Positions 1 through 13,496 of a stretch of 64,000 nt of DNA are shown here, in pieces; within the stretch, counting starts at the first letter, position 1; each line of letters starts with the position of its first letter. Source of the stretch: Tubiluchus corallicola (Eukaryota > Animalia > Priapulida); assembly GCA_030141605.1 (NCBI GenBank), contig JAQGDQ010000014.1, forward strand, positions 1,302,001-1,366,000, in the 5' to 3' direction. The position numbers were made by a program, and so were the translations under genes. Under the pieces are notes generated by a model. The model was given only the letters and a program-made list of their open reading frames with translations. It had not been told where the DNA came from and did not search any database.

Positions 1-310
1 GTTATTATTAGTAAAATATTTGAACTAGTTTTGTACAATAGAATTCTCTAGTTGCTGTACAATGATTATCTTCAATTTGGATACAAGCAAAATAGTGTTG
101 TGGGCAGTGTATTTATGTGTTTCATGAAACAGTGGAACATTATTTAAGTAAAAAATATAACGCATATGCTTGCTTCACGGATGCTAGTAAAGCCTTCGAT
201 AAAATATCTCATCACGTCCTATTTATAAATCTTTTGAAAAACACACTACAGAAGTAATTGACAATATACAATTGGTACTTTCGCAATATTATGTAAGATC
301 ATGATGGAAT
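1..310 (+). mobile_element. Degenerate non-LTR retrotransposon (LINE) reverse transcriptase fragment in a PAH intron
   Basis: Plus-strand translation gives LQFGYKQ (~70-90) and CFTDASKAFDKISHHVLFINLL (~171-236), matching the QFGF...D(A/L)SKAFD motifs of LINE RTs; interrupted by stops and frameshifts. Confidence 0.7.
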
Positions 311-908
311 ATAGATACATGTATATATGTAGGTACGTCCAATAAATCAGTGTTTAGACATGGAAAACATGCTGTAAGCAAAAATTAATTGTAAAGTGTT
401 TAGTGACGTTTACAAAATTATACGGTTTTCCGTTATGTAGCTCGTGATATCCGTAACACGTGATCAGTTGCACGTGACTGTGATACTAAATCAGAGGCGA
501 ATGCCAATGTCCACTTGTAACACAACAACAAATATTTATAGTTATATGTATTTGACAGCAAATCATAACATACATAGATTTGCAGCATATGGCCTTGGGC
601 AACTGCCCAGCGTGCCACGCAAAATAAAAAAATTGGGCTAGCAGAGGCTATACATTACAGCCTTTACTAACTCTGTTTTATTGTTTTGATTGCCATATTT
701 TATCCTATAAGTATAAAGGGAATAATATAATAATAGTAATAATAATGTAAGCACGATAAATGATTACATTAGAATTTAGCATTTAGCTGCTACCTAGTGA
801 ATATTTTCTGCCTCTGCAACATTTACTTGTTATTATGTTTAATTATTTTACCTGAACGGCAATCTTCTTCACTTCATCGAACTATTTACATTTATTCAGA
901 TTACTTAC

Positions 909-1089
909 TTATATTATCTTTGTGATCTCTGGCATGTACTCTCACACTTCTGGCTTGTACTTCTAATTCTTTGATGCAAGCTGCTAAATTTTCAGATCGT
1001 CCTTTTTCTGGTTCCACTAAAAACTCCCAATAAGCTTTGTAGTATTTCGATGGCCTTGATTCTATATGAACTAAATTTACATCATGCCT
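909..1089 (-). CDS. PAH: Aromatic amino acid hydroxylase (probably phenylalanine 4-hydroxylase), coding exon 3 (ACT domain)
   Basis: ttgcag acceptor, GTAAGT donor, 181 nt, phase 0->1. RHDVNLVHIESRPSKYYKAYWEFLVE... matches the PAH motif DVNLTHIESRPS. The gene continues beyond position 1. Confidence 0.85.
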
Positions 1090-1337
1090 CTGCAATAAAA
1101 ATATAACCTATTTCAGATTTAAATATTATCAATACGGTAGCCAAAGTTGGTCTGTAGATGACGATAATTATTATTAATGATTTTTTGGAAAAGTGTCCTG
1201 TTCTAATTTGACTTTCAGACACTGCGTTACAGATTTCAACTCGTGAACATCTTAACGTAAAAACTTTAGATTCTAACAGTATATGGCAGAAAACTGTGAC
1301 AACAATAACAAAAATTGACGTTGAAGTTCCAAATCAC

Positions 1338-1487
1338 CTCGAAAATTTTTAGGGCTTTATTTAGTGCACCAACTTCCTCTTTGACGGAGAAGATAATGCT
1401 TGCAGCACTCTCCTTTCCTGAAGCCAGTTCACGATTCATAATATCATCATATCTGCTGAAATGATACTCGTAGTGATGGTTGGTGTC
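1338..1487 (-). CDS. PAH: PAH-like coding exon 2
   Basis: ttttag acceptor, GTGATT donor, 150 nt open: DTNHHYEYHFSRYDDIMNRELASGKESAASIIFSVKEEVGALNKALKIFE, matching PAH [27 protein letters not shown] is also TPH-like, so the paralog call is not certain. Confidence 0.85.
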
Positions 1488-3554
1488 CTAAAATGGAAAT
1501 TAGAATTAGTTGTAAAAATAGGACGCTCAAATACCTGTCCTGTAAACAATTTAAGACATCTCTGCAATTGGTGATTTTGCTAGACTTTGTTGATGATTAG
1601 TCGTAACTACATGTACGCTGTTCAAAAAAGAAAAAAGTAATTTACTGGCTAGAAGAGCACAGTATTGGGACATTGTTATGCGTATTATACAGTTAAATAG
1701 CGAGAAACAGGACATCTAGGTCACATTGAACGTTATTTTAGACTGCTTTGCTACAGTTATAAATGATGATTATTATTATGATGATAAATTTGACCTCAGC
1801 GTCAGCAGTTAAAACGATATTACAAAGTAGCTCTCATTGCCGACTATTACAATAAACAACAATCTACAACTGTATAGATGTTGTAGTGTTGTACACTGTT
1901 TGTATTCATTCTAATGTAGCAGGCCTGGAATTCGCCACAAGGACGACACGTCACTGCTGATCTTAGGTTTTATTTCACATCCGTTAAGCGGTACTCGTTG
2001 TTGCTAGACATCGCGTAATGCCATTTTTACTTGGAATACTCCCTAACTGTTAAACTGTAATAATCATTCTAGAATGATTTAAATTTCTAGTACATGTATT
2101 ATGTGCAGCTGTACTTGGAAACTAGCTAATATTTTAACTATAACCATTTGAAAGCTATTACAATCGAGACTCGACGATTTTTTACTTAATTTAGGTTTGG
2201 TTACTGAATGTAATGTGAAGAGCAAAAAGAACACCAATTTTTCAGCATGGCTGATGCAACTCTCTGCACAATTAGCTGTACCGCTTTTCACATACAAAGT
2301 TTCTAAAACAATAAACGTGTTGTTTAGTTGCTTTTGTCGTCAAGGACAGTGATCAGTTTAAACTGGCGGTTTCGCCGAGCTGTTAATTAGAAGATAAATA
2401 TCATTCACAAACTAATTATTCGATGTTGGGCCAAAAACAGATGTCAGTTTTGCTATGTGAGTAAGCTAGATAGAGTTTTAGGTTAGAATAAGATTAACAG
2501 AGTATAATTCATGTAGTTAACTTGTTTTAACTGAATTAAAAAAAGTGCAGCCATAGTTCAAGTTTATTTTGGTATTTGGAACGACAAGATAATTTTTAAA
2601 AGCCAGTTTTGCTCATGTAAACTCGTTAATCAAGTTAGAAAACCTGTAGAATTTGCCAGGCACCTACCACACATGAAAACCATGCCCTGGGCCTTGAGAA
2701 AATGGCATGCATGAATAAGACAGCACCATAAAACTTGTTCTGTGAGCAACTATCGCAGAATTACAAACTGAGATCATATTACAGCTTAATTCTATATATT
2801 TCTATAATACGATTTTGCTTAGTAGAAACAAACTTTACAGTATGACACGATCTACGACGGAAATGTCCCGTCTCAACGATTTTCTCACAAACAATTAATG
2901 GTTATAGTTTCTACACTATTAATGTATTGCAACAAATGAACTATATATATTGCATAATAAACTATGACACGAAAGTATCTTATAGGCTTTAATTCAACGC
3001 ATTGACAACAACCTAATGCGTAGCAGCATCACCGAGCTTAAGTCGATGTAGTGAGTTTCAAATGGTCAAAAAAGACAGCGATGTGCCTATTTAAGATTAC
3101 AATAATCTAATAAGTATGATTATTGTGCATTAACGATACATGTATTGTTGCGGTGTATTACAGCAAACGAAGTCAGATTATAAAATGATAAAAAAAACTA
3201 GTTAATATCCAGAATTTCTGATGCTATTGAGCCGTTTTCAATTGTTCATCAGCCCGTGTTATAACACCGGGCGATATTAAATTTTAATGTTTTATTTGTC
3301 GCTTGCATGAGTGCAGTTATTATTAAAGTAAGTAAGTTAGTTAGTTTTACTCCGATTTGATTTTACCAAGAAGAAAAAAATGGAAAGTATTATTATGAAC
3401 TTAAAATCTGAAGCGTGGTGTGAAACTTTACCTGCGTAGTGCATACACACAATCGCGCGCCACACGTTACACCTGATGTAGTGAAGCAATTAATAACGTA
3501 TAAGCAAAACCATCACAGCAATAACAAAATAATAGCTAATTTAATAGTAATTAC

Positions 3555-3614
3555 ATTTTCTGACGCTGTCTTGGCTTTCTTAATTGCTGGCTCATCCTCT
3601 GATTTTGAAGACAT
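3555..3614 (-). CDS. PAH: PAH-like coding exon 1 (start codon)
   Basis: ATG at 3614, 20 codons MSSKSEDEPAIKKAKTASEN, then GTAATT donor in phase 0, in frame with exon 2; same 60-nt coding length as vertebrate PAH exon 1. Confidence 0.7.
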
Positions 3615-3719
3615 ATTCCAAATTAGTAAATGGCACTACAAACTAAGACGCAGTTCAGGAATTCAGCTGTAAACATAAACTCTATATACAAATCAATAAA
3701 CAGTAACGCAGTAATTGTG

Positions 3720-3850
3720 GCGTCTATGTACATGAAGGTCATGTGATTTGGTGTTGAAGGTCTGAAACGAAGCGAAACCGCGGTCACACCCCCAACTTCT
3801 GACCAATCGCAGTGCTCTTCTTTGTGAAACATTACGGTCCGATTAGGTAT
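3720..3850 (-). promoter_or_regulatory. Putative PAH proximal promoter
   Basis: Locally CpG-richer stretch 100-230 nt upstream of the ATG, with a CCAAT box (GACCAATC at 3801) and CACACCCCC. Confidence 0.35.
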
Positions 3851-4089
3851 TATGCTTAAGCTTAATGTACAAAATACATGATTCTAATTTTTGTAAATAG
3901 CCGGTATTATGCAGCAGCACGGAATGCACACTCATAATTAATACAGGGCGGACACTATGTAAAATCTGTTTGACACAATTGCCGCCATGGTTTTTAAACC
4001 AATTAGTCGCGTAACCGATAAGAAAGTAGGTCTGTGCGCTTATTATGCTAGGCTACTGTATCGGACAAACAATACGGTTTCTTTACATT

Positions 4090-5036
4090 TGAGTACCCAA
4101 TCACGAACGTAGGCAAAATGTCACAGGAAAAAGGGCGCAAATGGAAAAGTATAAAAAATGGCACATGTAAAAGTAAACTGCATTATGTAGGCTTCCGCGC
4201 AAGCTAAACTGTTAATCTGATTTTTTTTCACGAAAAAAAAACATAAAGCAACGATGAGCAGACAAACATACAAAAATATATCTATATAAAATATATAAAT
4301 ACTTAATTATTATATAGACCAGAGAAATAACCAATGTATTTTAATCTGTTATTATAATCAATTGTAGACTAAATGTGACCATGTTACCTTAAGATACAAT
4401 TTCCAGTAGGCCTTTTTACTGTCCTTAGATTTTTACTTGCCCCAGCCAACCTCTTCCGATTGGACATTTTTTGATGTAGTACGTATACACGTGTACATAG
4501 TAGGTGCTTTATACGTATTGGCAGCAAAAATTAACCACTGACTGCTGTCCACAGTAGTCAGATTTCATTTTCCTCCAGCAGTTCTCGTCGGCTTTGTTGT
4601 TTTTAATACAGGATAGTGCAACCTACAGTTCTAGATTAAATCTGACCATGTACCGTATGATGCATTTTTCAGTCATTTTTGGTGTCCCATCTCTAAACGC
4701 ACCTCTACCCAAACAATTCCTTGTAAAAGGTTAGGTTTATGAATTCTTGAACTGGTACTTTATCATGTGCTTATTTCGTTACCGGCTATTGGACCAAGAC
4801 AAGCATGCGTCGTTGAAAATATAGCATCCTCTTTGGCACAGGTAAAGTATTAAAATAACTATCCCTAACAGAAAATACGCAAAAAATCACATTTAGTAAA
4901 TACTATGAGTTAGGATAAGGGTTAAAGTAACCCTCACCCTAACTCATATTTACTGTGTGTGGATTCATTCCTATTTTTCATTTTTCCCATTTTTGCTGTG
5001 CCATTTGTACATGTGCCATTGTTACTGTGCACCCTC
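4090..5036. mobile_element. MITE-like element with AAAATGGCACA subterminal repeats and internal AGGGTT/AACCCT motifs
   Basis: Left aaaatgtcacagg...aaaaatggcacatgtaaaa is mirrored by right tgtgccatttgtacatgtgccattgttactgtgcaccc; telomere-like motifs near 4910-4945. Boundaries approximate. Confidence 0.45.
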
Positions 5037-6329
5037 GATCACAGCAACAGAGTTTTCCGTTCAACCCTGGATTGATGTGTGATGTATGTGTGATGGATGT
5101 TCATTGTTCAGTAACCAGAATGAAGTGCGGCAAAGTTTCGTTTGAATCGTGTATTTTTAGTAAATTATTTTAGTAATAGGTGTACTACAAATATCTTTAA
5201 GCGGTCATTGAAAGTTTTCTAAAAAAAAAATTCTAGGTGTAACTGTAAATACCGATGATAAGTAGTAGCTACAATTTACGGAAAGCTTTGATGGAAAGAA
5301 CACATCAATTGAATACAACTATAAGTCAAAATTATCAAAAAGTATAGCTACCATGTGTAAAAACATGTATATCCTTGATCGTCGGTCATTGCAAACTCTT
5401 TAATTTTCGTTAATTGATACATAGAATATTGTTTATACAATCATAAATCTGGGATAACATGTATTGGTCGGATTTGCCAAATAGTACAGAAAAAAAACTG
5501 CTAGAATTATGTGACCTGGCTAGCACGATCATACTGATCTAATATTCAACAATTTAAAAATACCGAAACTAAAATATTTGTTGGATATGAAAGCAGCAAT
5601 GATTATGTTAAAGTAAAATGTGAAATATTATCACAGAAGTTGCAAAGACCGTTTTGTATAAACATAATTCCAGTCAGGCTGTCAAATGTGCAAGATAAAG
5701 AGATTATTGGCTTTTGTAAATGTATATGTATATACATTTATTAATTTCTTGTGTGGTGTGTAACTATATATATATTATATATTAAAGGAAATGTGTGTTT
5801 CTTCATGTGGTACAGGTTTGTGGAATGCCATTTAAAATAAAAATAAAAATTACATTTCATTATATATCTACCTAAAGAATTGTGATAAACCGTTACGTAC
5901 GAAATTATGTGCGCGCGCATTGTTATCGTCGTCATCGACGTTGCGGTTGTACAGTAACAGTCTGCGACTGCTTACCGCCAAGGACATTGGGTTCCCAAGC
6001 TATGATACAAAATACATTTATTGTATAATGTACTAACTCTTCCTACTAAAACGGCTAGGCGTTTCTTGTAAACATGTAATAAGTCAAAAAACTATTGTTA
6101 TGGCATGTACTAATGAAGTTAATTTTCTTGTATTTTGTAATACATCTCATCGTAAATATAATCATGTAATCTTGCCTAATAATTATGCGTAATCAACTGT
6201 TCTTGGCTTTTATTCAGTTAATCAATATAACCAAGTAGGAGAATGCATTAAAGGTTGAATATCACAAAAATTAAGTTGAGCTTCAATAACTCTCGAATGT
6301 TTTGCGAATACAAATATATACTTCGTACT

Positions 6330-6586
6330 CAGGGCCTATTTCAGCCTAAGCGAGGCCCGGGGAAGTGGGGTGTGTGAGGCCTCCCGGGGGGGGGCACCAT
6401 GGTTGGCGCCCAGAAAATTTTTAAACTGCTAGAACACCGGAGAAGCATTTTCGAAGAGAAAATATGGAGTTATATAGTATGTTCGCATAAAGCAAAAAAA
6501 TAATGTTACCTTGGCGCGAGGCCCCCCTGGAGAGTGAGGCCCCGGGGAAGTATCTCCACTCCCCCCCCCCCTTGAAATAGGCCCTG
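6330..6586. mobile_element. hAT-type MITE
   Basis: Perfect 14-bp TIR CAGGGCCTATTTCA / TGAAATAGGCCCTG and perfect 8-bp TSD TTCGTACT (6322-6329, 6587-6594). Confidence 0.9.
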
Positions 6587-9500
6587 TTCGTACTTGACGC
6601 AAATGTCACATAATGACTTTATTCACATAAGTTCACAAAATTACGTTTAAAATTCGCGCTTGCTTGTGTTGCCATTGAGCGAACATTCGGCCGCGCCCTT
6701 GGCGAGAGAATTGCCTGGTCACGTGAGCAACCTTAGAGTGACGTACCAGACAGTGCAGAGCCGTAGTGATCATTTGTTGTTCAATACCAGCTTACTGTAG
6801 TTTAAATGCCAAGACAGGCTTAGACAGCTATTTAAAATTGCTTACAGTGTTTAGAAACTTTGTTTTTTATTTAATAATTAGATTCTGGATCGAGTGCTGC
6901 TTTCAAACGTAGTAATAGGGCTCAGGCATCTGGAAATGAATGCTAGATTACTGCTAGACTGCAGTAACTGGCTATCGCATTCTAGCCTCAATTAAATTTT
7001 ATAGACAATAGAGTTAGTCTGTGAAGATACTATAGGTACTTCTAATTAGTTATGCTTATGCATTTAAATGAGTGTAATTATATGTAGTAAACTTATATAT
7101 AGTATTATTATTAGAATAATTGCTCAAGTAGGATAATTTTCTAAGTTGAAATGTTTGTCGTGCTTCCAGTAATTTTGTATTTGATCAATGTCAGTCCCAA
7201 CTGCACATTATACAATGTATATAACTATATATCACTTCATAAAGTCAGCTATGAAAACCATTTATGACAATGTTCTTCAACTTTGTTATCTATTTGTTGT
7301 AGTACTGTACAATGCTTTTTGATGGTTTATTACTGTTGCAAAGCTAAATCTGCAAATTGAACCATCAATAAGCCCAAGTTTTTACTTTTTTGGCTTGTAG
7401 ACAATTAACTCATTAAATTACTAATTTTTGTGTATACCACATTTATACTGTGCTTTTTATGACCCATTCGTTCTGTTGTAAAACCTGCGTTGAGCTGCAT
7501 TTATGCAAAATAAGTAAAGTAAATAAATAGATAAGTGCTTGAAATACGAGAGCGCTCTCCTCAGACTTGTCATTAACAGAGAAAAACGCAATGCCGTTTA
7601 TAGTTTGAAAAATTATAATATGCTACAGAATACATATTATAATCTTTGAGACTATAAAGGGTATTACGTTTTTTCTGTTAAATAGATAAGTGGTACATTT
7701 CTAACTAGGATTGCTATAATAGCCTTTTGTGTAATACATGTCTGCCACAACACACAACAAAATGAATGTTGTAATGTCTAACTAGCTGCAAAGTCTAAAT
7801 AAATTTTAGTATAATAATTATTACAAGTGGAATTAGCTATGCTGATTTTAATATAAAATGTGTGACAAAACATCCACAGGGGAACTGTATGATGGCTATA
7901 ATTCTATGTTAAGATTTTTACTCTGCTAAGGCAATTTTCAAAAAAATGCAAGACCGTTTTCACTAGTCTCTCTCCCGTCATTCTCGGTTTTAGGGTTTCT
8001 GATGATTTCTTTGAGAAAACATTAATCTAGCTTAAACGAAATTCTGATTTGAATAGTCACTTCATAAAACTTACTGTGTTACAAAATGGGCTTGTAAGCA
8101 GTTATTAAAACAGCCTGACTACTATAAAAGAGCTCCGTGAATTAAATTCACAATTTGTAGTCACAATTTATCACATTAACGGTTAGGAAAAATATTAATT
8201 TTTAAAATTAATATAACTTACATAGGTTTATAATCTATTTCTCTGTTGTTAAATGAGCAAAATGAGAACAATTAAACTGTTGCTTCATACTCAAGAAATC
8301 TTAACCACAGTGCCTAAAAATATATAAATATTTAACATTAAGTAAAATTATTACGTTGTAATCTCTGCATCATTACACGAACTTTAGAGACTTCATACAT
8401 TGTTGTCAAGGCTGAAAAATTATACTTCGTTATTATATCACGCTCAAGCTGCTAGCAGCACACTTGTTTGATGTTCAGTGCATTTAGAAATTCATGAATT
8501 CTAGCAGAATGCAATCTCGTAGTCTACAGTGTATCGAGTCTGTCTCTACAACAACCACAGGCTAGCACTTTTGGAATTAGTTTGTTTGTCGACGATGTTC
8601 TCAATACTGCCACAAAAGTTAAAACAAAATCCAGCCAATTTCACACGTTCGTTGAAATAATATTATTTTTCCGGTATACACTTAGAATATCCACGATATG
8701 GCGGAAAAATAATCGTTTTTCTCTCACAAACTCGACGAAGTTCGACTAATGAAGGCGTGAATTCAATAATTTTATCACAATTTGGTTTGCTGTCGGAGGC
8801 AAGGTCAGGTACAGGTACCGCAAATTGCCTGTGACGTGCTGCCCTATTTCGCGGTTTTCCGCCGCGGGAGAGGCGCAGTCAGCACTCCTTGGCTTTTCCC
8901 GTGGGATACAAATAAGTTGATTACGCATTAATTAAGTAACGCAGCGCTAAAATTTTTCAAAATTACTGTCGAGTAAGTCAGTTATAAAATAAGTTTAGGT
9001 TGATTTTCGCGCTGTTCCTTCTTTAACAACACTTTCACGTTTATTTCGGGTCTAGAACTTTAAGCACCAGCGCTCCCGCCTTTCTCAATTAACAAATTCT
9101 AAAACAGATAAAAATACCAAAGTTCCCGACAAGGGGAGGCTGCTGGAAAAGCTCACACAAAGATTTGAAAACTTGGACTTCTAAAATGTCAATTTTATTA
9201 GAATTTTCACCAAACCATGTATTTCTATTGGTAATGTAGCTTCTATCTTCAAACATTATTTCAGTCACTATTAATTACTAATCTATACTACACACCACCA
9301 AGCACACATGGAGTTAAGAGATTTAATACTGTAATGATTAACAAGATAATTTTATCTTATGCTAGATACTATTCATCAAAATTTCGTATAACTACACAAA
9401 AAAGGAGCCCTTGATTTTGTTCAGCTCACTGTTTCTATCAGTTTGCTAGGACACAGCTTGAAAATGATCTTTCTGCTAAGTATCTCACCCGTCTAAGCAC

Positions 9501-10174
9501 TTCTTAAATCTGATGTTACTTAAGTGCCACAGCTAAGTAGATTCAACGCAACTTTGATAGTAGAAGATATCGTACAAAAGGCTACACTGCATATGTGCAC
9601 CAAGTGTCCTCTTACTGGGGTCAATTTGCTGACTTATCTCAAAAAATTGCAAGAAAATGTTTTTTGGAGCTTTCTTGTAGTACTTGGTACAAAGAATAAG
9701 ATATCCAAAATAGGCCAACATTGATGTTAATTCAGCATGGAACTATATAAATGACATTTATAAAGATGTTAAAAAATGTGCAGGACTATCGAGTTCTAAA
9801 CCCCACTCACAGGAACCACAAAATAGGCCCAACTGCAAACCGCATTAAAATTTTGTTTGTAAAAGTTTTGTATTTTTTGTAATATATAACACCTATTCGG
9901 ACCAGACCTTTCTGTATCAAAGTATGCAGTCTGCATTCCGTTTCAAATCACGGCATGCAAATTAGGCTTGCCATTTATTACACGCGTGTTATACGTGTGC
10001 ATACGTCATTGTTTGAAGACACGCGTTAAGTAATTATGATTTATGCATACTTCGAGTTACTTACTACAATTTTATTTGAGCTGTAGTTCAAACGTAATGA
10101 ATAACACACCTACAACTAACATGAAATCATTGCTGAAATAAGTACTACAAAATGTCTCTGAATTGCTCACGTTA

Positions 10175-10345
10175 TTCTTCTCTCTTCTTCTTTCACTGCT
10201 TCAGGCTTTTTTTCTTTTTTATCTCTCTTTAATCCACTTCCATCTTTCTCTCTTCCTCACCTCTCCCTCTCTTTCTCTTTTTCTCTGCGTTTCTTTTTTC
10301 CGTTCTCTATCTCTTCCCTCTCTCTCCTCATTTTTCTCTGCCTCA
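10175..10345. repeat. CT-rich low-complexity tract
   Basis: Degenerate (CT)n polypyrimidine run; source of spurious ORF 10163..10423. Confidence 0.8.
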
Positions 10346-10375
10346 GATGGGGTCTTGAAAAATGATTATTATGAA

Positions 10376-11040
10376 GGGATACGTGACATTGGGGCACGAC
10401 CATATGTGCGCGGGCTTATTTGAGCACCGGAACACCTTGACATGAGAAATCTGGGCACCAATAAAATTATGTGGTTTGCACTTAATTTTTTGGCCTTTGT
10501 TTATCTCTCAAAATGTTTTTAAAGCTAGTGCATCATAAAATAATAAATAACCGAATATGTGAGTCACAACATGAGTACAACTAGTGCAGCAATTCAGATA
10601 GTGATATACCACAATATTATATTTACGGAGTACTTGTTATGCTCTAGAAGAAACCGATGTAAATTGCGATGTTCAGTTATTTGCATTTACTAGCTACCAA
10701 TTCCCAAACCCACCAAATCAACTTACTGGTTAATGTGCGAATGATCATCAATGTTAACATTAGCATCTTATGCTTATTACATGATAATTTAGGGTTCAGC
10801 AGCAGTGTTTTTACGCACGCTAGATTAGTAGTTATAGCTCTTTTTACCTTAAATCCGCGATCGTACTCACGATTTTATTTGCTTACAAAAACTTTACTTG
10901 TTTGTGAGTTTATTTGGCACTACGGGAGTAGCAAGAAATATAACGACGAGTACTTGCGTGATCGAGTCACCGCGGTATAGTAGTAGCGCAGTAAGCAGTG
11001 TTTTCCTGCGCCCAGTCGGTTGCCCCAAATGTCTTGTCCC
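10376..11040. mobile_element. MITE-like element with imperfect TIRs
   Basis: Left gggatacgtgacattggggcac resembles the reverse complement of right gttgccccaaatgtcttgtccc. Confidence 0.5.
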
Positions 11041-11829
11041 TCGTTATGAACGACTAGGATTGCACATAATGACAGGAATTTATGCTGCTGTACCGTGTGA
11101 CGTTTTACGGCATCTTGGTCATATTTTATATAACTTTATTGGCCGTGCAGATATGAAATTTAATGTTGTTAAACTTTGAAATCAATAATTCCCATTTTTT
11201 AAATTCTACAAACCAAGGAGTGGTTGATAGTTCGTCTATTTTTGTTTTCAACCACAGGTATGCGGACGCATCAATAGTTTAAACAGATTAACATTAATGG
11301 CTGACTGGCTGAGCAAAGGGAGCATATAAACTACACTTTTAAAATCAGAAAATTTATTTTTCTCTGCGAAATTAGACATCGTAGAAAATTTTTTGGTACG
11401 CACGCATGTTTTCTCCTTTTTTTATTTTGCCCAATACTCGTTCTGTTTCATCTGAGTCTGTGAACAAACATTTAAAAAAAATCAATCAACTAGCAACGCT
11501 GCTGGAATTTCAGTTTTAATTTCAGAAGTTGCTACTTCCAAACAAAATTAGAGTGAAAATTCCACCGGCATTATACCCAGCACGTCTATACTTATAGATT
11601 TTGTAACTGGGTTGCAACTTAGCAAATCTATAGTTTGCACGTTGTAACCTTGATGAGTATCAGAATGTGCAACAGCGTACGCACTAATGAGAAAAGGAAA
11701 ACATCTTACTTTTTTCTACTAAAAATTTGAGAAAAATTAGTTTATGTAAAATTGTTTGTTCCTTTGTCAGTAGTGTGCAGAGGACCACGTCCGTCAGTTC
11801 GCGAAATTTTCCAGCTCTGCTTGACTATT

Positions 11830-12812
11830 TATATATATATATATATATAATAATCTTTATTTGCCAATAAAAACATTGATAATCACTGACAAAAACTTTA
11901 CAGAGATAATCAATCAGTGTTAGTTAATAAAAACATACACTGCTGAAGGCAAATGCGTCAGTGCAATCTAAACTACTGTGCAGTAATGGCGAATAAAATC
12001 AAACATATTTACAACTATACACAAAATAATAATAAAAAAAAAACTATGATTTAATTAATATGGCCGTGGGTATATGAATTCTGAATTAGTGTGTATGTTG
12101 TCGTACTGGTGTGATGGTATTTCATATCTGGTTAATATTAGTGATTTTAATTTTGTTTTAAATGCTGATAGGGACTTGATTTGTTTAACCTGTAATGGTA
12201 AAGAATTCCAAAATAAAATTGCTTGTTTGATTACAGAGTTCGTTCCATAGTGGGTATTTGTCCTAATTTGTTTTAGATTGCTTCTTCTGGAATTAACGAT
12301 AGGATTTGGAAAAAAGGTAAATCTGTTATTCTGGAATGGTTTGCTGATGTTGTTAATGTATTTAAATATAAAAAGCAGAGTAAAATATTCTTTGTGTGCT
12401 TCAATGATTGGGAATTTTAAAGTTTTTCTTGGGTTAGTTGTTGAAGCTTTGAATTTTTGTCTACCTGCCTTATGTTTGTATGAGTACCCAGCTATCAATC
12501 TCAACGCATAGTTTTGAAGGAGATTTAATTTTAAGTAATTTTCTCTTTTGGTTTTTTGAAGTAGCGTACATCCATATAAGAAGTGTGGTAGAACTAAAGT
12601 TTTATATATTAGTGTTTTAGTTTCCTTTGTTAGTTGCCCTTTAACTTGTCGGAGATATGATGCGCTAGATGCCATTTTTGTGTATATGTTATTAAAGTGT
12701 TCATCCCATGAAAGATTATTGTCTACCTGCATGCCCAGGAATTTAACATTGTTAGTTTGTTTGATTACAGCATTATCAAATTTGGTTTGATTACAGCATT
12801 ATCAAATTTGGT
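11830..12812 (-). mobile_element. L2/CR1-group LINE 3' end: RT C-terminal ORF, 3' UTR and AATAAA/(TA)n tail
   Basis: ORF 12055..12732 and upstream: KFLGMQVDNNLSWDEH...YKTLVLPHFLYG...QNYALRLI...FWNSLPLQVKQIKSLSAFKTKLK. Ends AATAAAGATTATTATATATA near 11860; 26-bp tandem duplication at ~12760-12812. Confidence 0.85.
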
Positions 12813-13496
12813 TTGGTTGCTAGGGTAATCTGCCTTGGCTGTAAGTCTAGTATTACTTAATTGCTTGATTTGTCTATTTGTTCGACAATTCTCTCATCTC
12901 TTTCCATAAATCTTCCGTACACAAAATTTAGCCAAGCAAGCAAAACAACAAAATAAGCCGGTCGGCTGATAGCAGTTCGACAGCTGGAACGGCTCGGCTC
13001 GGCCCGGGAATAAGTGATGACATGATAATAGCGGTCCTACTATAAAATTCTAAATTCTGGCTCCGACAATTTTTAGATAATCATATTCACTAACAGTAGG
13101 AGTTTTGGAGAAGAGAGATTATGAAGCCACAAAAGAATCGACTTTGTGGTTATTGCTACACAACCGTGGTCATCATGGTAATCAACTTTTTGCCACTCAG
13201 TCACCCATCTGCAGTGTAAATTTGATTAGAATCGGACCAGCTATCTCCAAGAAGCAACATGCACACGACAAATGAAATTAAGAATAGCGGTCGACTGGAT
13301 CAGCCAAGTCAATGAACAGTTTCTTAGCTCAACCAGGAACGCTACCCGCCACATTAGCGCTATAAATTAACAATAGAAAGACTTGTTATATATGTTACAC
13401 TGTTATACAAGCAAACTATGTGCATATTCGTCTGTTGTTACACACAATTAACAGAAAGAAACAAAAAACAGTATATCTTGTAATAATTTTTAATGA

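Noticed and set aside
8000-8047. C/D box snoRNA (TGATGA...CTGA)
   Set aside because: Span under 50 nt, no recognisable rRNA guide and no established host intron.
7850-8415. Small spliced minus-strand gene (MYEVSKVRVMMQRLQ...)
   Set aside because: Exon-like pieces exist, but no recognisable product and one implied intron is only ~45 nt.
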